A stretch of DNA of 64,000 nucleotides from Candidatus Ruthturnera sp. Tsphm01 (GCA_030142985.1 CP125320.1:3639-67638); one strand, 5' to 3'; counted from the stretch's first letter, positions 24,001-32,530 are shown. Translations and numbers: made by a program. The notes: generated by a model not told the origin, from the letters alone.

Positions 24001-26882
24001 CTGGTGTGGCTGACAAAACAACAAGCGTTGCTGTAGATGGCACTTGGTCAATTGCAATTGTTGATACAGATTTAGCTGATAATGGCTCAAACACTTTAAC
24101 AGTAGCACAAATAAGCTTAGAATACATCGAAAGCCCTACTGTAACTATAACAATCACCACAGATTTAATTGTTCCAGACGCTCCAATCATTAACTCAGTC
24201 TCAGATGATGACCTTATCAATGCAGAAGAGAACGCAGCAGGTTTTGATCTAACTGGTACAGGTGAAGTTGGTAGTATTATTACTGTTTCAGGATTTGAAA
24301 CTGGTGTGGATGACAAAACAACAAGCGTTGCTGTAGATGGCACTTGGTCAATTGCAATTGTTGATACAGATTTGGCTGATAATGGCTCAAATACTTTAAC
24401 AGCAACACAAACAGACCTAGCAGGCAACACAAGCCCTGCTGCAACTATAACAATCACTACAGATTTAATTGCGCCAACAACCCCCCCAAGCGTTGATAGT
24501 CTAACAACTAATGATTTAACCCCAACTATAACAGGTAGAGCTACACTGACTGATGGTGAAACCTTAAGCGTAAGTGTTAATGGTGCAAGCTATAACAATG
24601 TACAGGTGATAGGTAATACTTGGTGGAGACTTGATACACAAGTAGCAATACTTTCATCAGGAACATTGGGAGCATTTGTAGATGGACAAAGTTATGACAT
24701 TGTTGCAACTGCAACAGACGCAGCTGGTAATAGTGTAAGCGATGACTCAAACAATGAGTTGACTATTAATCTGGCATCAATTAGTGCACCAATAGTTGAC
24801 TTAATTATAACTAATACCATAACTCCAACCGTATCAGGTAGTGCAACCTTGCTTGATGGAGAGACATTAAGTGTTAGTGTCAATGGCGCTACTTATGATA
24901 ATGTTGCTGTTGATGGGTTTGGTAATTGGATAATAAATACAGAAACAGCTAGTGTATCAAGTGGTTCACTGGGAGCATTTAAATATGGACAAAACTATGA
25001 TGTTGTGGCAACAATAACTGATTTAGCAACAAACAGCATGAGTGATTCCTCTATTGATGAGCTTACTATACGAAATCAAGAGTATGTACTGCAGTATCCT
25101 ACTTTAGTTGAGCCTGAGGGTAAAATTGATGGAGATGACTTTGATCCTCAAATAACAGCGTTGGGTACAGAGGGAGCATTTGTGGTTACTTGGCGCGGTC
25201 AATCTATTGACAATGATAACTCTATTTTTGTGCAGAAGTTTGATGTTGATGGCGCTAAGGATGGGCTTGCTGTTGAAATTGAATTTAATGGAAATAAACC
25301 TAAACCTCAAATAACAGCGTTGGGTACAGAGGGAGCATTTGTGGTTACTTGGAATGCTCAAAACTCTAGTAACACTGATGATTACTCTATTTTTGTGCAG
25401 AAGTTTGATGTTGATGGCGCTAAGGATGGGCTTGCTGTTGAAATTGATTCTGAGGATGGTGTAACTAATGGATATGACTATAATCCTCAAATAACAGCGT
25501 TGGGTACAGAGGGAGCATTTGTGGTTACTTGGCATGGTTTAAATGCTAGTCACTCTGGTCACTCTATTTTTGTGCAGAAGTTTGATGTTGATGGCGCTAA
25601 GGATGGGATTGCTGTTGAATTTGATTCTGATGGATCTAATAATGGATTTGACCTCCATCCTCAAATAACAGCGTTGGGTACAGAGGGAGCATTTGTGGTT
25701 ACTTGGCATGGTGGTGTTGTTGATGGTGATACCTCTGTTTTTGTGCAGAAGTTTGATGTTGATGGCGCTAAGGATGGGCTTGCTATTGAAATTGAGCCTG
25801 ATGGTAGAACTAATGGATATGACTTTATTCCTCAAATAACAGCGTTGGGTACAGAGGGAGCATTTGTGGTTACTTGGCTCGGTCAATCTATTGACAATGA
25901 TAACTCTATTTTTGTGCAGAAGTTTGATGCTAATGGCGCTGATGGGGGTAGTGTTGAAATTGAGCCTAATGGTAAAACTGATGGAGATGACTTTGATCCT
26001 CAAATAACAGCGTTGGGTACAGAGGGAGCATTTGTGGTTACTTGGCGCGGTCAATCTATTGACAATGATTACTCTATTTTTGTGCAAAAGTTTGATGTTA
26101 ATGGCGCTAAGGATGGGCTTGCTGTTGAAATTGAGCCTGAGGGTAGAGCTAATGGAGATGACCTTGAACCTCAAATAACAGCGTTGGGTACAGAGGGAGC
26201 ATTTGTGGTTACTTGGAGTGGTCAAGGTGCTAGTGACGATGATTACTCTATTTTTGTGCAAAAGTTTGATGTTAATGGCGCTAAGGATGGGCTTGCTATT
26301 GGAATTGAGCCTGAGGGTAGAGCTAGTGGAAATGACCTCATTCCTCAAATAACAGCGTTGGGTACAGAGGGAGCATTTGTGGTTACTTGGCATGGTTTAG
26401 ACGCTAATTGGGATAACTCTATTTTTGTGCAGAAGTTTGATTTAATTAGCAATGTATTAATGGGTACAAGTGCTGCTGAACACCTGTATGGCAGCAATAA
26501 CAACGATGTTATTATTGGCGATGGTGGTGATGATGTTCTTTCAGGGTTTGATGGTATAGATATATTTAAGTATGTAAGTGGCGGTTCTGCTGCAAACGGT
26601 AATGATATTATTACTGATTTTGTGATTGGCAGTGGTGGTGATAAGCTTGACCTAAGTGATTTACTTATAGGTGAGACGAGTGACACTTTGGCTAACTTTA
26701 TTGAAGTCATAGATAGTAATGGCGCTGATGATGGTGGTGATATTCTTATTAAGATTGATGTTGATGGTGGCAATGATTTTTTTGGCACACCAGATATTAC
26801 TATCACCTTAACAGGTGCAGGTATTACTGGTGCTGAAACAACATTGGCTAGTCTAATAACGGATAATATTGTGATTGGTTAA
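3..26882 (+). CDS. Giant repeat-rich RTX-type adhesin / type I secretion substrate, 5'-truncated by the window edge (at least 8,959 aa)
   Basis: Single uninterrupted ORF from the window edge to TAA at 26880-26882; bases 1-600 are already mid-repeat, so the start is upstream. The translation has ~31 tandem 200-aa units of two Ig-like domains, then unique Big_5-like and discoidin-like modules. Three 8-repeat propeller-like blocks follow, separated by more Ig-like domains. It ends with nonapeptides [27 protein letters not shown] and a [10 protein letters not shown]-type C-terminal T1SS target region. The protein is acidic, T/D/N/S/A/V-rich and almost Cys-free. Confidence 0.9.
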   Translation: MQVINNVWSIDTGAKTPSSGTLGAFVDGQSYDIVATVTDAAGNSISDNSNNELTIDTTAPGAPTINTVSNDNLINAAENAAGFNLTGTGEVGSTIIVSGFETGVADKTTSVAVDGTWSIAIVDTDLADNGSNTLTVTQTDLAGNTSPAATRTITTDLIAPTTPSVDSLTTNDLTPTITGTATLTNGETLSVSVNGASYNNVQVINNVWSIDTGAKTPSSGTLGAFVDGQSYDIVATVTDAAGNSISDNSNNELTIDTTAPGAPTINTVSNDNLINAAENAAGFDLTGTGEAGSTIIVSGFETGVADKWTLVAADGTWSIAIVDTDLADNGSNTLTVTQTDLAGNTSPAATRTITTDLIAPTTPSVDSLTTNDLTPTITGTATLANGETLSVSVNGAIYDNVEVIGNAWSIDTETKTPSSGVLEAFVDGQSYNIVAIATDAAGNSARDNSINELTIDNTASNAPTIDSVSNDDLINAAENAAGFNLTGTGEVGSTIIVSGFETGVADKTTTVAADGTWLIAIVDTDLADNGSNTLKATQTDSVGNTSPAATRTITIDLIAPTTPSVDSLTTNDLTPTITGTATLTNGETLSVSVNGAIYDNVEVIGNAWSIDTETKTPSSGVLGAFVDGQSYDIVATVTDVAGNSASDNSINELTIDNTASNAPTIDSVSNDDLINAAENAAGFNLTGTGEVGSTIIVSGFETGVADKTTSVAVDGTWSIAIVDADLADNGSNTLKATQTDSVGNTSPAATRTITIDLIAPTTPSVDSLTTNDLTPTITGTATLTNGETLSVSVNGAIYDNVEVIGNAWSIDTETKTPSSGVLGAFVDGQSYDIVATVTDVAGNSASDNSINELTIDNTASNAPTIDSVSNDDLINAAENAAGFNLTGTGEVGSTIIVSGFETGVADKTTSVAVDGTWSIAIVDADLADNGSNTLTATQTDSVGNTSPAATRTITIDLIAPTTPSVDSLTTNDLTPTITGTATLTNGETLSVSVNGAIYDNVEVIGNAWSIDTETKTPSSGVLGAFVDGQSYDIVATVTDVAGNSVSDNSINELTIDNTASNAPTIDSVSNDDLINAAENAAGFNLTGTGEVGSTIIVSGFETGVADKTTSVAVDGTWSIAIVDADLADNGSNTLTATQTDSVGNTSPAATRTITIDLIAPTTPSVDSLTTNDLTPTITGTATLTNGETLSVSVNGAIYDNVEVIGNAWSIDTETKTPSSGVLGAFVDGQSYDIVATVTDVAGNSASDNSINELTIDNTASNAPTIDSVSNDDLINAAENAAGFNLTGTGEVGSTIIVSGFETGVADKTTSVAVDGTWSIAIVDADLADNGSNTLTATQTDSVGNTSPAATRTITIDLIAPTTPSVDSLTTNDLTPTITGTATLTNGETLSVSVNGAIYDNVEVIGNAWSIDTETKTPSSGVLGAFVDGQSYDIVATVTDVAGNSASDNSINELTIDNTASNAPTIDSVSNDDLINAAENAAGFNLTGTGEVGSTIIVSGFETGVADKTTSVAVDGTWSIAIVDADLADNGSNTLTATQTDSVGNTSPAATRTITIDLIAPTTPSVDSLTTNDLTPTITGTATLTNGETLSVSVNGAIYDNVEVIGNAWSIDTETKTPSSGVLGAFVDGQSYDIVATVTDVAGNSASDNSINELTIDNTASNAPIINKVSNDNLINAAENAAGFNLTGTGEVGDFITVSGFEAGVADKTTSVAEDGTWSIAIVDTDLADNGSNTLTATQTDSVGNTSPAATITITTDLIAPTTPSVDSLTTNDLTPTITGTATLTNGETLSVSVNGAIYDNVEVIGNAWSIDTETKTPSSGVLGAFVDGQSYDIVATVTDVAGNSVSDNSINELTIDNTASNAPTIDSVSNDDLINAAENAAGFNLTGTGEIGSTITVSGFETGVDDKTTSVAVDGTWSIAIVDTDLADNGSNTLTATQTDSVGNTSPAATRTITTDLIAQYSPIVDGPTISNSLSIFIGGIAWIDEGDTLSVSVNGATYNDVQVINHGWNIDIQTAIPSSGVLGAFVDGQSYDVVATVTDAAGNSASDNTINELIIDDTAPDVIVPGAPIINKVSNDNLINAEENAAGFNLTGTAYASYTGYANRFDIVTVSGFKGGDEKAAFINEDRTWSFAITDEDLFDNASTTLTVVQRVKPCATCDYVQSPVATITITTDLIAPTTPSVDSLTTNDLTPTITGTATLTDGETLSVSVNGAIYDNVEVTGNAWSIDTETKTPSSGVLEAFVNGQSYNIIAIATDAAGNSARDNSINELTIDNTASNAPTIDSVSDDDLINAAENAAGFDLTGTGEAGNTIIVSGFEAGVADKTTSVAADGTWLIAIVDADLADNGSNTLTATQTDSVGNTSPAATRTITTDLIAPIDGVYVNNLITNNLTPTITGSSATLADGETLSVSVNGAIYDNVQVISHTWLINTETAIPSSGILEAFVDGQSYDIVATVTDAAGNSASDNTTNELTIDSTASDVPDTPNAPTISSVSGDNLINAAENVAGFDLTGTGEAGNTIIVSGFEAGVADKTTTVAADGTWSITIVDADLADNGSNTLTAVQVNSEGIPSPLATITITTDLIAPTAPSVDSLTTNDLTPTITGRATLTDGETLSVIVNGAIYDNVEVIGNAWSIDTETKTPSSGVLEAFVDGQSYNIVAIATDAAGNSARDNSNNELTIDNTASNAPTIDSVSDDDLINAAENAAGFNLTGTGEVGDFITVSGFEAGVADKTTSVAVDGTWSIAIVDADLADNGSNTLTATQTDSVGNTSPAATRTITTDLIAPINLLVYYLTTNELTPTIKGVLTLTDGESVSVSVSVNGAIYDNVEVIGNIWSVDTETVTPSSGTLGTFVNGQSYDIVATVTDVAGNSDILSNELIFDTTAPDAPTINSVSGDNLINAAENAAGFNLTGTGEAGSTITVSGFEAGVSNKKVGVAEDGTWSIAIVDTDLADNGSNTLIVTDTDRAGNISPAATITITTDLIAPTTPSVDSLTTNDLTPTITGTATLTDGGTLSVSVNGAIYDNVEVIGNAWLIDTETATPSSGVLEAFVDGQSYDIIAIATDAAGNSASDDSNNELTIDSTTSNAPTINSVSDDDLINAAENAAGFNLTGTGEVGSTIIVSGFETGVADKTTTVAADGTWLIAIVDTDLADNGSNTLKATQTDSVGNTSPAATKTITTDLIAPTTPSVDSLTTNDLTPTITGRATLTDGETLSVSVNGAIYDNVEVIGNAWLIDTETATPSSGVLEAFVDGQSYDIIAIATDAAGNSASDDSNNELTIDSTASNAPTINSVSDDDLINAAENAAGFNLTGTGEVGSTITVSGFETGVGDKTTSVAVDGTWSIAIVDTDLADNGSNTLKATQTDSVGNTSPAATKTITTDLIAPTTPSVDSLTTNDLTPTITGTATLTDGETLSVIVNGAIYDNVEVIGNAWSIDTETKTPSSGALGAFVDGQSYDIVATVTDVAGNSASDNSINELTIDNPASNAPIINKVSNDNLINAEENAAGFNLTGTGEVGDFITVSGFEAGVADKTTSVAEDGTWSIAIVDTDLADNGSNTLTATQTNSVGNTSPAATITITTDLIAPTTPSVDSLTTNDLTPTITGTATLADGETLSVSVNGAIYDNVEVIGNAWLIDTETATPSSGVLEAFVDGQSYDIIAIATDAAGNSASDDSNNELTIDSTASNAPTIDSVSDDDLINAEENAAGFNLTGTGEVGSTITVSGFETGVADKTTSVAVDGTWSIAIVDTDLADNGSNTLKATQTDSVGNTSPAATKTITTDLIAPIDGVYVNNLITNNLTPTITGSSATLADGETLSVSVNGAIYDNVQVISHTWLINTETAIPSSGILEAFVDGQSYDIVATVTDAAGNSASDNSINELTIDSTASDVPDTPNAPTISSVSGDNLINAAENVAGFDLTGTGEGNNLVIVSGFEVGVADKEIIVAADGTWSITIVDADLADNGSNTLTAVQLNSKGIPSPAATITITTDLIAPTTPSVDSLTTNDLTPTITGTATLTDGETLSVIVNGAIYDNVQVISHTWLINTETAIPSSGMLGFFVEGQSYDVVATVTDAAGNSASDNSINELTINNPAPDAPTINSVSGDNLINAAENAAGFNLTGTGKVGDFITVSGFEAGVAYKTTSVAEDGTWSIAIVDTDLADNGSNTLTATQTNSVGNTSPAATITITTDLIAPTTPSVDSLTTNDLTPTITGTATLTDGETLSVSVNGAIYDNVEVTGNAWSIDTETKTPSSGALGAFVDGQSYDIVATVTDVAGNSARDNSINELTIDNTVSNAPTIDSVSNDDLINAEENAAGFNLTGTGEVGSTITVSGFETGVGDKTTSVAVDGTWSIAIVDTDLADNGSNTLKATQTDSVGNTSPAATKTITTDLIAPTTPSVDSLTTNDLTPTITGTATLTDGETLSVIVNGAIYDNVEVIGNAWSIDTETKTPSSGALGAFVDGQSYDIVATVTDVAGNSASDNSINELTIDNPASNAPIINKVSNDNLINAEENAAGFNLTGTGEVGDFITVSGFEAGVADKTTSVAEDGTWSIAIVDTDLADNGSNTLTATQTNSVGNTSPAATITITTDLIAPTTPSVDSLTTNDLTPTITGTATLTDGETLSVSVNGAIYDNVEVIGNAWSIDTETKTPSSGVLGAFVDGQSYNIIAIATDAAGNSARDNSINELTIDNTASNAPTIDSVSDDDLINAEENAAGFNLTGTGEIGSTITVSGFETGVDDKTTSVAVDGTWSIAIVDTDLADNGSNTLTATQTDSVGNTSPAATRTITTDLIAQYSPIVDGPTISNSLSIFIGGIAWIDEGDTLSVSVNGATYNDVQVINHGWNIDIQTAIPSSGVLGAFVDGQSYDVVATVTDAAGNSASDNTINELIIDDTAPDVIVPGAPIINKVSNDNLINAEENAAGFNLTGTAYASYTGYANRFDIVTVSGFKGGDEKAAFINEDRTWSFAITDEDLFDNASTTLTVVQRVKPCATCDYVQSPVATITITTDLIAPTTPSVDSLTTNDLTPTITGTATLTDGETLSVSVNGAIYDNVEVTGNAWSIDTETKTPSSGVLGAFVDGQSYNIIAIATDAAGNSARDNSINELTIDNTASNAPTIDSVSDDDLINAAENAAGFDLTGTGEAGNTIIVSGFEAGVADKTTSVAADGTWLIAIVDADLADNGSNTLTATQTDSVGNTSPAATRTITTDLIAPTAPSVDSLIVNGLSLPTITGFATLADGETLSVSVNGANYNNVQVIGNTWILYTHSTKPSSGMLGFFVDGQSYDIVATVTDAAGNSASDNTTNELTIDSTASDVPDTPNAPTISSVSGDNLINAAENAAGFDLTGTGEAGNTIIVSGFEAGVADKTTTVAADGTWSITIVDADLADNGSNTLTAVQVNSEGIPSPLATITITTDLIAPTAPSVDSLTTNDLTPTITGRATLTDGETLSVIVNGAIYDNVEVIGNAWSIDTETKTPSSGVLEAFVDGQSYNIVAIATDAAGNSARDNSNNELTIDNTASNAPTIDSVSDDDLINAAENAAGFNLTGTGEVGDFITVSGFEAGVADKTTSVAEDGTWSIAIVDTDLADNGSNTLTVTQTDLAGNTSPAATITITTDLIAPTAPSVDSLTTNDLTPTITGTATLADGETLSVSVNGAIYDNVEVIGNAWSIDTETKTPSSGALGAFVDGQSYDIVATVTDVAGNSASDDSINELTIDNTASNAPTIDSVSDDDLINAEENAAGFNLTGTGEVGDFITVSGFEAGVADKTTSVAEDGTWSIAIVDTDLADNGSNTLTVTQTDLAGNTSPAATITITTDLIAPTAPSVDSLTTNDLTPTITGTATLADGETLSVIVNGAIYDNVEVIGNAWSIDTETKTPSSGALGAFVDGQNYDIVATVTDVAGNSASDDSINELTIDNTASNAPSVDSLTTNDLTPTITGTATLADGEILSVIVNGAIYDNVEVIGNAWSIDTETKTPSSGALGAFVDGQNYDIVATVTDAAGNSISDNSNNELTIDTTAPGAPTINTVSNDNLINAAENAAGFNLTGTGEVGDFITVSGFEAGVADKTTSVAEDGTWSIAIVDTDLADNGSNTLTVTQTDLAGNTSPAATRTITTDLIAPTTPSVDSLTTNDLTPTITGTATLTNGETLSVSVNGASYNNVQVINNVWSIDTGAKTPSSGTLGAFVDGQSYDIVATATDVAGNSASDDPINELTIDSAVPLVASVTISGLDSLNNEKTTKLRLGDKVKVSIQMSEDVSVDTTGGSPTYTINVDNVYKQATYDADLSSANTLVFTYTTEEGIDDTSGGITADANMLNFNGGTIQDLVGNAISLSQVAMPVANDNLPDGITVIASGEAEENHLASNLIDGIVDYSNAELERYLGIGDKAVTLAYSEQLQANGVRIYWDAEAWQATPRKPTAFDVKIYTNSGDSEATETIAFTSLNWVENSALGSGVYYADLDFSGDKTFGKLDLIGSSEDVSKIYYHEVRLLINKNVVLTSEVAISDNLVSIDATVPDAPTIDSLIVNSLIAPTITGTATLADDETLSVSVNGASYNNVEVTDNTWSINTETKTPSSGILGAFVDGQSYDIVAIATDAAGNIARDNSSNELVINILKHVRTTTLVEPDGKTDGDDNGPQIAALGTDGAFVVTWVGIGANDNDRSIFVQRFKADGTKDGGSIEVEPYNLLNEDDIDPQIISLGTDGAFVVTWAGGDGVNSDTSIFVQKFDVDGAKDGLAIEIEPDGRTNAHDLRPQITALGTDGAFVVAWDGIGADDDDISIFVQKFDIHGNEDGGTIEIEPSTNNDKHDRYAQITALGTDGEFVVTWVGEGNVHSDTSIFMQKFKADGTKNGGTDEIEPSTNDAGNDYDHQTTALGSDGAFVVTWAGENLASSSDRSLFVQKFDVDGNKVGGSTEIGVDDQAYGTDRRPQIMSLSEYGAFVVTWIGLSSDDSDTSIYIQRFDVDGNKYGGTVEIEPDGRTNANDFTPQITELGGKNGAFVVTWSGLGANDNDRSIFIQRFDVDGPSGGTVEIEPDNIPYGDDLNPQTEAVGAYGEFVVTWRGLDNDGDTSIFVQKFNADGTKSVIILETPTINSVSNDNIINAEENAAGFDLTGTGKSGNIITVSGFEAGVDDKKALVATDGTWSIAIVDEDLADNGSNTLTATQTETSGVTSPAATITITTDLIAPKTPSVNSLTTNDLTPTITGTATLTDGETLSVSVNGASYNNVQVINGTWSINTETKTPSSGALEAFVNGQSYDIIAITTDVVGNSARDSSNNELTIDVTAPDAPDVPTIDSVSDDDLINAAENAAGFDLTGTGEAGNTIIVSGFEAGVDDKKALVATDGTWSIAIVDADLADNGSNTLIAIETLHNLRSPAVTRIITTDLIAPTTPGVDSLTIYNPTLAPTITGTATLADDETLSVSVNGASYDNVKVTGNAWSIDTETKTPSSGVLGAFVDGQSYDIVATVTDVAGNSVSDSSSNELVIKHTYTTLVEPDGKADGDDNGPQIAALGTDGAFVVTWTGIGANDNDRSIFVQRFKADGTKDGGSIEVEPYNFLNGDDIDPQITALGTDGAFVVTWVGVSVVGGDTSIFVQKFDVDGAKDGLAIEIEPDGKTNGTDLHPQIIALGTDGEFVVAWDGIGADDDDTVIFVQKFDIYGNEDGAIIELEPDIRSSGSDTDPQITALGTDGEFVVTWIGMSYHDDRSVFMQKFDADGIKIGGTVEIEPDDRITQHDHDHQTAAVGTDGASVITWFAPSTARYEERSDAIYGIYVQKLKADGTKDGGSTEIWPDDQFYGNGSDPQITALGADEAFVITWIGLSDYGGDTSIYIQRFDVHGNKDGGTIEIEPDGNSLENDYTPKTLALGGDGAFVVVWSGFDLDDRSIFVQRFDIHGNKDGGTVKIEPDNNSYGDDLDPQIEALGIYGAFVVTWKGVDTNGDTSIFVQKFNADGTKSTAIKDNSKVPTINTVSNDNLINAEENAAGFDLTGTGEVGSTITVSGFEAGVADKTTSVAVDGTWSIAIVDTDLADNGSNTLTVAQISLEYIESPTVTITITTDLIVPDAPIINSVSDDDLINAEENAAGFDLTGTGEVGSIITVSGFETGVDDKTTSVAVDGTWSIAIVDTDLADNGSNTLTATQTDLAGNTSPAATITITTDLIAPTTPPSVDSLTTNDLTPTITGRATLTDGETLSVSVNGASYNNVQVIGNTWWRLDTQVAILSSGTLGAFVDGQSYDIVATATDAAGNSVSDDSNNELTINLASISAPIVDLIITNTITPTVSGSATLLDGETLSVSVNGATYDNVAVDGFGNWIINTETASVSSGSLGAFKYGQNYDVVATITDLATNSMSDSSIDELTIRNQEYVLQYPTLVEPEGKIDGDDFDPQITALGTEGAFVVTWRGQSIDNDNSIFVQKFDVDGAKDGLAVEIEFNGNKPKPQITALGTEGAFVVTWNAQNSSNTDDYSIFVQKFDVDGAKDGLAVEIDSEDGVTNGYDYNPQITALGTEGAFVVTWHGLNASHSGHSIFVQKFDVDGAKDGIAVEFDSDGSNNGFDLHPQITALGTEGAFVVTWHGGVVDGDTSVFVQKFDVDGAKDGLAIEIEPDGRTNGYDFIPQITALGTEGAFVVTWLGQSIDNDNSIFVQKFDANGADGGSVEIEPNGKTDGDDFDPQITALGTEGAFVVTWRGQSIDNDYSIFVQKFDVNGAKDGLAVEIEPEGRANGDDLEPQITALGTEGAFVVTWSGQGASDDDYSIFVQKFDVNGAKDGLAIGIEPEGRASGNDLIPQITALGTEGAFVVTWHGLDANWDNSIFVQKFDLISNVLMGTSAAEHLYGSNNNDVIIGDGGDDVLSGFDGIDIFKYVSGGSAANGNDIITDFVIGSGGDKLDLSDLLIGETSDTLANFIEVIDSNGADDGGDILIKIDVDGGNDFFGTPDITITLTGAGITGAETTLASLITDNIVIG
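1741..4980 (+). repeat. Run of about 5.4 near-perfect 600-bp copies (0-1 substitutions per unit)
   Basis: Line-by-line comparison. 1741-2340 vs 2341-2940 differ only at 2161-2220 (aaaagca vs aacagca). 2941-3540 differs only at tagtgtaagc (3131-3140). 2341-2940, 3541-4140 and 4141-4740 look identical by eye. Confidence 0.9.
5350..8210 (+). repeat. Higher-order segmental duplication, copy 1 (partner at about 13850-16710, offset 8502/8499 nt)
   Basis: The unique variant stretch starting aatattcaccaatagttgat at 5881 recurs at 14383. The text stays the same through ~7137/15639. A ~200-bp patch differs, then identity resumes at 7341/15840 and runs to ~8210/16710. Confidence 0.8.
13850..16710 (+). 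repeat. Higher-order segmental duplication, copy 2 (partner at about 5350-8210)
   Basis: See copy 1. The boundaries are fuzzy because the flanks are themselves 600-bp repeat units. Confidence 0.8.
18651..19028 (+). other. Unique domain inside the giant ORF, SbsA/Big_5-like Ig domain (tentative)
   Basis: Non-repeated segment [14 protein letters not shown]...[27 protein letters not shown]...[41 protein letters not shown]. The 'x-V-x-F-S-E-x-V ... L-x-F-x-Y-T-V ... GGTIxDxxGN' pattern is typical of that Ig-like family. Assigned by eye only. Confidence 0.4.
19029..19475 (+). other. Unique ~150-aa domain inside the giant ORF, discoidin / F5-8 type C (galactose-binding-like) candidate
   Basis: [31 protein letters not shown]...[24 protein letters not shown]...[14 protein letters not shown]...[10 protein letters not shown]...[11 protein letters not shown]. 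Length, the 'A-x-N-L-I-D-G' opening, a W-rich core and the terminal 'E-V-x-L' resemble carbohydrate-binding discoidin modules. Not verifiable without an HMM search. Confidence 0.35.
19854..21242 (+). repeat. Propeller-like block 1: eight ~57-aa repeats ([18 protein letters not shown]..D.[24 protein letters not shown])
   Basis: Eight occurrences of the [AE]FVV[TA]W core, each preceded by PQI..LG and followed by SIFVQ[KR]F; the block starts with TTLVEPDG. Four short beta-strand-like segments per repeat suggest one propeller blade per repeat. Confidence 0.7.
22464..23855 (+). repeat. Propeller-like block 2: eight ~57-aa repeats, en-bloc paralogue of block 1
   Basis: Eight FV[VI].W cores. The first ~250 nt are almost identical to block 1 (22468 onward vs 19861 onward), and divergence grows toward the 3' end. 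Confidence 0.7.
25101..26441 (+). repeat. Propeller-like block 3: eight ~57-aa repeats with an internally homogenised DNA core
   Basis: The 48-nt string cctcaaataacagcgttgggtacagagggagcatttgtggttacttgg occurs eight times without change, starting near 25146, 25305, 25485, 25657, 25829, 25998, 26169 and 26343. Confidence 0.75.
26490..26879 (+). other. RTX nonapeptide repeats plus C-terminal type I secretion target region of the giant ORF
   Basis: Three consecutive nonapeptides at 26490-26570 fit GGxGxDxUx loosely ([27 protein letters not shown]). They are followed by [23 protein letters not shown]...[10 protein letters not shown]...ITITLTGAG, which resembles the VCA0849-subclass T1SS C-terminal domain. 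Confidence 0.75.
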
Positions 26883-26891
26883 GTTGTTAAT

Positions 26892-27146
26892 GCGATTAAA
26901 TCTCTCAATATAGGTATTCTGAGTTGGTTTTCCTGGTTGGATATATTTAAGTTCAATGTCATTTACTTGTGCCCAATCTTGTAATGCTTGGTCGATATAC
27001 TCAGAGCCATTATCACTTGATTGAATTAGGTTTGCATCGCCATTCAACTAAATGCTCTAGTGATTGAATAACTCGTCTTGCTGGCAGTGATAAATCAGCA
27101 TCGATATTTAACCCTTCTCAGTTGTAATCATCCACCACATTAAAGG
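26892..27146 (-). pseudogene. IS3-family transposase (orfB, DDE/rve core) internal fragment, degraded
   Basis: The reverse complement aligns with 63745-64000 of the IS3 copy at the window end (FNVVDDYN.EGLNID.DLSLPARRVIQSLE...DNG.EYI.QAL.DWAQ...YIQ.GKPTQN.Y.ERFNR). It carries an in-frame TGA (aactgagaa vs aatcgagaa) and a 2-nt deletion (atcaagtgataat vs atcagatgtgataat). Both ends are truncated. Confidence 0.85.
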
Positions 27147-27189
27147 ATATGAATATTACGTAGAGGTAACACCTAAGACAAATAAAATT

Positions 27190-27414
27190 ATGAGTATTGT
27201 TGCCACTCGAAAAATAAAAAGTCCTGAAAGTTGCATAAAGTCAAAAGAAGCAACGTCACAAGTCATGTTGCAAATTTATGCTCAAGTAGGGAAACTATCT
27301 AATGTATTTGGATCAATGGATAGGTTTGTTATAGTAGACTGTAATAAAAGTGTCCTAGATTTAATGTATATCGACAAAGCGACAGCACTATTATGGAAAA
27401 GAGAAATTATTTAA
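27190..27414 (+). CDS. Orphan hypothetical ORF (74 aa) in IS-debris region
   Basis: ORF only. No convincing RBS or motif. Confidence 0.2.
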   Translation: MSIVATRKIKSPESCIKSKEATSQVMLQIYAQVGKLSNVFGSMDRFVIVDCNKSVLDLMYIDKATALLWKREII

Positions 27415-27478
27415 TGGTTCCATCAACAAAACTTAACAAAAAGATAATAAAATAAAAAACTTAACAAGAGCAATATTA

Positions 27479-27880
27479 GTGTCAGCAGTAGCATTTATGA
27501 CAACTAACGTAATGGCATACGAAAAAATAACAGGTGCATTCGGCATCAAATTTGGACAAACATTTGACATACTTAGCCCTAGACTAGAGTATGACTCTTT
27601 GCTAGGGTCTACTAATAACCATGGTAAAACAAATCATTGGTTTAATCCAAAAAATAAATATCAGGGGTTAGGTGATAGGAGTTACTTTTTTAATATAACT
27701 CCGAAAACTCACAAAGTTTTTAGTATTAGGGCCGCTAAAGGCAATCTTAATGAATTATCTTGTAAAAGAAAACAAGATATGATTATGTCAATCCTTGGGA
27801 AAAAGTACGGAAAGGTGAAAGTGAAACCAATTTACCAAGGTAGTTTTCAAACCATTAACCAGCCACATGCTCAGATATAG
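27479..27880 (+). CDS. Hypothetical small protein (133 aa), possibly secreted; start uncertain
   Basis: GTG start. The in-frame upstream sequence KIKNLTRAILVSAVAFMTTNVMA looks like a signal peptide whose initiator position is ATA (27452), so the start may be degraded. Confidence 0.3.
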   Translation: MSAVAFMTTNVMAYEKITGAFGIKFGQTFDILSPRLEYDSLLGSTNNHGKTNHWFNPKNKYQGLGDRSYFFNITPKTHKVFSIRAAKGNLNELSCKRKQDMIMSILGKKYGKVKVKPIYQGSFQTINQPHAQI

Positions 27881-28040
27881 AGTATTTGTGAGGGAGTTGA
27901 TAATGCAATATTCATTCTAAGATACAACCATCTTAAACTGAGTTTGATATCGGTATAAGAGAAACTTGAATTGGAAACTGCAAGAATTAATAAAAGTGGT
28001 TTACAACCTATAAATAGATAACAATAAAATATAAAAGGAT

Positions 28041-28558
28041 TTGAATTCACATCATAAGTGCAACACTCGTTAGTCGATCAAAAGGCATATTAGTTACTCT
28101 TTTAATCCGACAAGAAAAAGAAGTGAAACATGAAAAAATATACACAATTGAGCTGCGAACAAAGATACTATATTTACCAACAAAACCACACAGGCTGCAA
28201 ATGATGCGATTATGAAACTACTAACGCCGATCAAGCACTTGGCTGAAGTCCTAACATTTGACAATGGTCGTAAGCTTAGTTGGTATGATAAACTGGCTGA
28301 AACACTGGCTTGTGATACTTATTTTGCTAAACCATATCACTCTTGGGAATATGGATTAAACGAGAACCATAACAGACTGTTAATGCAATTCTTCCCTAAA
28401 CAAATGGCATTAGATAATGTGAATGAAAAAAGAGGCTTTCAGGGCTACGGATTTAATGAATAATAAACCTAGAAAAAGACCCTGTTTGAGGTCTTTGCTG
28501 AGTTAACTGGTAAAGACTATTTTTTAAATGGAAGTGTTGTGCTTATGGGTTGAATTCG
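28041..28558 (+). mobile_element. IS30-family element, internally deleted non-autonomous derivative retaining both terminal inverted repeats
   Basis: Left end is ttgaattcacatcataagtgcaacact (28041-28067). The reverse complement of the right end (28532-28558) is gacgaattcaacccataagcacaacact. Between them lie only N- and C-terminal pieces of an IS30-type transposase. Confidence 0.7.
28129..28463 (+). pseudogene. IS30-family transposase remnant (N-terminal 24 aa piece plus C-terminal 83 aa piece)
   Basis: 28129-28203 encodes MKKYTQLSCEQRYYIYQQ..., the IS30 N-terminal HTH start. 28212-28463 encodes TFDNGRKLSWYDKLAETLACDTYFAKPYHSWEYGLNENHNRLLMQFFPK, the IS30 DDE C-terminal signature (TFDNG.EF...YFA.PY.SWERG.NEN.NGL.RQ.FPK). 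Confidence 0.75.
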
Positions 28559-28794
28559 TCAAGTTTAATGTTGAGAAAAAGATAAGGTTAATGACCTAAT
28601 TTTGTAAAAACATTTAGGCGAGTAACTTATACAGATTAAGGTAGTGATTATTAAAGTGTGAGACGAATGGGCTGGGTATTTTTTTTAGATTAGCCGTAGG
28701 AATTTTATATTATGATTTTTTACCTCAGTAAGGGGTAAATAAGAAGCAAGCAAGTGTAGAATATTTTTAAAAAATAACCAAAAACTTTCATTTC

Positions 28795-29277
28795 ATGGAC
28801 TATCACTTAATTCATCAAGATTCAATTGGTATTGTCTTGGACAAGGCACGCCAGTATCGCTCTTTACGTGAGCCAGATTTGGCGATTAGTATTTGTATTG
28901 ATGTGTTTGCAGTTGATTCAGATAATCAAGATGCTTTAGTGGTCTATATTTTGGCTTTAACGGACCAATACTCACATGGTGGTATTAAAGTAAAAGATAA
29001 GAAAATTATCCAAGCCATTGCTAAATTAGACTCAGAATTTTATCGACATTATTACACAGGGATTTTTCTTGAACGAAAAGCCAGAGCATGGCTTAAAAAC
29101 CCAATGTCACAATCTTTTGCTTGTGAGGGATTAATAGAGGCAATTGGTCAGTACAAAATGGCTGAAAAAATGGCGCCATCCCACTGTTCAGACCCTATTT
29201 TGCGCTATAACAGCTGCCTTAGAACTATTAAAAAGGAGCACTTGCAGCCTAGGGTGGAGTTTGATGAACTTTACTAG
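28795..29277 (+). CDS. Hypothetical protein (160 aa) immediately upstream of and overlapping the sdhC-like gene
   Basis: Clean ORF whose 3' end overlaps the sdhC-like ATG by 14 nt, which suggests co-transcription. I recognise no motif. Confidence 0.5.
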   Translation: MDYHLIHQDSIGIVLDKARQYRSLREPDLAISICIDVFAVDSDNQDALVVYILALTDQYSHGGIKVKDKKIIQAIAKLDSEFYRHYYTGIFLERKARAWLKNPMSQSFACEGLIEAIGQYKMAEKMAPSHCSDPILRYNSCLRTIKKEHLQPRVEFDELY

Positions 29278-29851
29278 TATTGCTTTAAAAAAAATAATGG
29301 TCTTCGCGGGGCTTTTTTGGTTTTTTTATGTTATTTTCCACATGCTGAGTTTGTTAAATTTTCATTTTGGTCAAAGCGCTTTCGATGGTTTTTATAATTG
29401 GCTTAATCAGTTGCTGGTTTACCATTTAATGGTACTAATGTTGATTATGTTACTTGGTTTTCACGTTATTATGGCGTTATCTCGTCAACTTGTTAATAAT
29501 ATTAATAAAGGGCAAGCTTACCAAAAACCTTATTCTCACGGTGTTCCTAAATTTGTTGTTTGGACTGGTTCTGGTATGTTGTTTGTATTTATCGTTTTTC
29601 ATTTTGTGCAGATGAAATTGCTAGATAAACCTAACTTGTATAAATATATGATTGAGTTATTTTCCCAACCTGTAGTGTTAATAATCTACACATTAGGTGT
29701 TATAACGCTTAGTGCTCATTTACATCATGCACTAACTAACGTATTGCAAACGTTAGGCATTTCAAGCAAGCCTTACCATTTACTGGTTGTTTTGCTTGTG
29801 TTGATTTTACTAATTGGTTTTATATCTATTCCAATAAATGTGATTTTATGA
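29264..29851 (+). CDS. sdhC: Succinate dehydrogenase/fumarate reductase membrane anchor, single-subunit dihaem cytochrome b (b558, type B)
   Basis: ATG at 29264 preceded by ggtggag, so the ORF-track start at 29144 is a spurious extension. The 195-aa product is predicted to have ~5 TM helices. His at 26, 67, 113 and 152-155 sit in the spacing expected for four haem axial ligands. ATGA overlap with the flavoprotein gene. Confidence 0.8.
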   Translation: MNFTSIALKKIMVFAGLFWFFYVIFHMLSLLNFHFGQSAFDGFYNWLNQLLVYHLMVLMLIMLLGFHVIMALSRQLVNNINKGQAYQKPYSHGVPKFVVWTGSGMLFVFIVFHFVQMKLLDKPNLYKYMIELFSQPVVLIIYTLGVITLSAHLHHALTNVLQTLGISSKPYHLLVVLLVLILLIGFISIPINVIL

Positions 29852-31776
29852 GTCAATTAAATTCAAATGAACCTATTGGACCTTTAGAAAATCGTTGGAA
29901 AAATCATGTGTTTGATTTGGCGTTAATCGCACCACAAAATCGAAAAAAGTACAAAATTATTGTGATTGGCACTGGGCTTGCAGGCAGTTCATTATGTGCA
30001 ACACTGGGTGAAGCTGGCTATAAGGTAAACTCATTTTGTTTCCAAGATTCTGCCAGAAGGGCGCATTCTATTGCTGCTCAAGGCGGAATTAATGCCACTA
30101 AGAATTATCAAAATGATGGTGATAGCGTGTGGCGTTTGTTCTATGACACCATAAAAGGCGGTGATTTTAGAGCAAGAGAGTCTAACGTTTATCGTTTGGC
30201 TGAACTGAGTAATAATATTATTGACCAAACTGTGGCGCAAGGCGTGCCTTTTGCGCGTGAATATAGTGGCTATTTAGCTAATCGCTCATTTGGTGGTACG
30301 CAAGTGTCCCGTACTTTTTATGCTAAAGGTCAAACAGGTCAGCAATTATTGTTAGGTGCGTATAGTGCCATGAGTAGGCAAATTGAAAATGGGCGAGTCA
30401 CGCACCACGCTCGGTCTGAAATGTTGGAAATTATTACCATTAATGGTAAAGCACGTGGCGTGGTTGTGCGTGACTTAGTGACAGGTGAATTAAGTACCCA
30501 TACGGCGGATTGTGTGGTGTTGTGTACAGGCGGATATGTTAATGCTTATTATTTATCTACCAATGCCAAGGGTTGTAATACTTCTGCTACGTGGCGCGGG
30601 TTTAAGCAAGGTGCTTATTTTGCCAACCCAAGTTTCACCCAAATTCACCCGACTTGCATTCCGCCAACACTTGAAAACCAATCAAAACTGACTTTAATGA
30701 GTGAGTCGCTTAGAAATGATGGTCGCATTTGGGCGCCAAAACAAGCCAAAGATTGCAAGAAAAAACCCAAAGACATTAAAGAAGAAGACCGAGATTATTT
30801 TCTTGAAAGGTTGTATCCTGCTTTTGCTAACCTAGTACCACGTGATGTGGCTTCACGTGCTGTTAAACATATTTGTGATGAAGGTCGTGGTGTTGGCGTT
30901 AAGATTCACGGAAAACGCCTTGGTGTGTACTTAGATTTTAGCGACGTTATTAAAAAAATAGGCTTAGCACAGGTTGAAGGAAAATATGGTAATTTATTTG
31001 AAATGTATCAGCGCATCACAGACGACGATCCTTATTTAACACCAATGAAGATATATCCAGCACCACATTATTCCATGGGTGGATTGTGGGTAGATTATAA
31101 TTTAATGACCACACTTAATGGCTTGTTTGTCGCTGGCGAGGCTAATTTTTCAGACCATGGCGCTAATCGACTTGGTGCTTCTGCACTCATGCAGGGCTTG
31201 GCAGACGGTTATTTTATCTTACCACAAACCATTGCCAATTATTTAGCTAGAAATACGTTTGATGAGATTAAACCCAATCATAAAAAAGTTCAGCGAGCCT
31301 TAAACATCGCTAAAGTTAGAATTGAGCAATTAATGAATGCGCCTGAAGCAAAATACTCTCCTGAATATTTTCACCAAAAACTGGGAAAAATCCTATGGGA
31401 ATCTTGTGGCATGTCTAGAGAAGGGGCAAGGTTAAAACAAGCCATTGATGAGATTAAAGCATTGCAACTAGAATTTTGGCAGACTATTAAAGTGACGGGT
31501 GTTGACCAAGATTTAAACCAAACTTTAGAGCGTGCAGGCAGAGTAGCTGACTTTATCGAACTGGGTGCACTAATGTGTAAAGATGCACTTAATAGGGAAG
31601 AATCTTGTGGTGCGCATGCTCGAGTAGAATATTTGTCCTTAGAAGGTGAAGCAAGACGTGATGATAAAAATTATAGCTTTGTTGCGGCGTGGGAATATCA
31701 ACAAGATGGGGTTAGACTTCATGAGGAGTACTTACATTTTGAATTTATTAAGCCTAGTGTTAGGAATTACAAATGA
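29848..31776 (+). CDS. sdhA: Succinate dehydrogenase/fumarate reductase flavoprotein subunit (642 aa, Bacillus/Wolinella-like long form)
   Basis: N-terminal FAD fold [11 protein letters not shown], the [11 protein letters not shown] covalent-FAD His motif, and HYSMGG and [14 protein letters not shown] motifs. Confidence 0.93.
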   Translation: MSQLNSNEPIGPLENRWKNHVFDLALIAPQNRKKYKIIVIGTGLAGSSLCATLGEAGYKVNSFCFQDSARRAHSIAAQGGINATKNYQNDGDSVWRLFYDTIKGGDFRARESNVYRLAELSNNIIDQTVAQGVPFAREYSGYLANRSFGGTQVSRTFYAKGQTGQQLLLGAYSAMSRQIENGRVTHHARSEMLEIITINGKARGVVVRDLVTGELSTHTADCVVLCTGGYVNAYYLSTNAKGCNTSATWRGFKQGAYFANPSFTQIHPTCIPPTLENQSKLTLMSESLRNDGRIWAPKQAKDCKKKPKDIKEEDRDYFLERLYPAFANLVPRDVASRAVKHICDEGRGVGVKIHGKRLGVYLDFSDVIKKIGLAQVEGKYGNLFEMYQRITDDDPYLTPMKIYPAPHYSMGGLWVDYNLMTTLNGLFVAGEANFSDHGANRLGASALMQGLADGYFILPQTIANYLARNTFDEIKPNHKKVQRALNIAKVRIEQLMNAPEAKYSPEYFHQKLGKILWESCGMSREGARLKQAIDEIKALQLEFWQTIKVTGVDQDLNQTLERAGRVADFIELGALMCKDALNREESCGAHARVEYLSLEGEARRDDKNYSFVAAWEYQQDGVRLHEEYLHFEFIKPSVRNYK

Positions 31777-32498
31777 TTTTTACACTGCACATTTGGCGAC
31801 AAAAAAACGTAAATACTCAAGGCAAGTTTGCAGTTTATGAGATTGACAATATTGATAATGATACTTCATTTTTAGAAATGTTAGATCAGTTAAATGAGCG
31901 ATTAATCATACAGGGCGAAGATTGCATTGTGTTTGATTACGATTGTCGTGAAGGTATTTGTGGTGCTTGTTCGTTGGTTATTAATGGTTATCCTCATGGT
32001 GAGAAATCAGCCACAACAACGTGTCAGTTGTATATGCGTGAGTATAAAAATCAAAGCGAATTGTGGATTGAGCCGTGGCGTGCTAATAGTTTTCCAGTGA
32101 TTAAAGATTTAACGGTAGATCGATCTGCATTTGATAGGATTATGCAGTCAGGTGGTTATATATCTATACACACAGGTTGTGCGCCAGAAGCAAACAATAC
32201 CTTGGTAGAAAAACATGCTTCTGATGAGGCGTTTAATTCTGCAACCTGTATTGGCTGTGGCGCTTGTGTGGCAGTTTGTCCAAATGCGAGTGCGACATTA
32301 TTTGTGGCAGCAAAAATAACACATTTGGCATTATTGCCTCAGGGTCAAATTGAATCCAAAAATAGGGCAAAAAAGCTTATTTTAAAAATGCAATCCGAAG
32401 GTTTTGGTAGTTGTTCAAATCACAGACATTGCGCGCGTGTTTGCCCTAAGGATGTATCATTACAAAATATTACAAGGATGAATAAGATTCTTGGATAA
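31773..32498 (+). CDS. sdhB: Succinate dehydrogenase/fumarate reductase iron-sulfur subunit
   Basis: Cys clusters CREGICGAC (2Fe-2S), [12 protein letters not shown] (4Fe-4S) and [12 protein letters not shown] (3Fe-4S). ATGA overlap with sdhA. Confidence 0.93.
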   Translation: MIFTLHIWRQKNVNTQGKFAVYEIDNIDNDTSFLEMLDQLNERLIIQGEDCIVFDYDCREGICGACSLVINGYPHGEKSATTTCQLYMREYKNQSELWIEPWRANSFPVIKDLTVDRSAFDRIMQSGGYISIHTGCAPEANNTLVEKHASDEAFNSATCIGCGACVAVCPNASATLFVAAKITHLALLPQGQIESKNRAKKLILKMQSEGFGSCSNHRHCARVCPKDVSLQNITRMNKILG

Positions 32499-32530
32499 TA
32501 ATAATTTTTAACTTAACACAAGAGCCACTA

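Noticed and set aside
92-26806. About 35 minus-strand ORFs of 60-284 aa recurring every ~600 bp inside the giant gene ([20 protein letters not shown]... and [16 protein letters not shown]... types), plus alternative plus-frame ORFs at 20452-20787 and 23059-23406
   Set aside because: They are shadow ORFs. A single chance open antisense or alternate frame in one repeat unit is copied along with the unit. Their translations are low-complexity mirrors of the T/D/N/A/V-rich sense frame, they lack independent start context, and they lie wholly inside a far better supported coding frame.
27190-27414. The C-terminal part of the 74-aa orphan ORF (FVIVDCNKSVLDLMYIDKATALLWKREII) vaguely resembles the N-terminal region of some small HNH endonucleases
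   Set aside because: The similarity is short and recalled from memory, and no HNH catalytic motif follows because the ORF stops. This is too weak to call.
29144-29263. ORF-track N-terminal extensions of sdhC (29144), and likewise secE (35444), rplA (36918), soxX (48962), soxY (49362) and recA (60406)
   Set aside because: Each extension overlaps the preceding gene or a tRNA and adds non-homologous residues. In every case an internal ATG or GTG with a good Shine-Dalgarno gives the conserved N-terminus.
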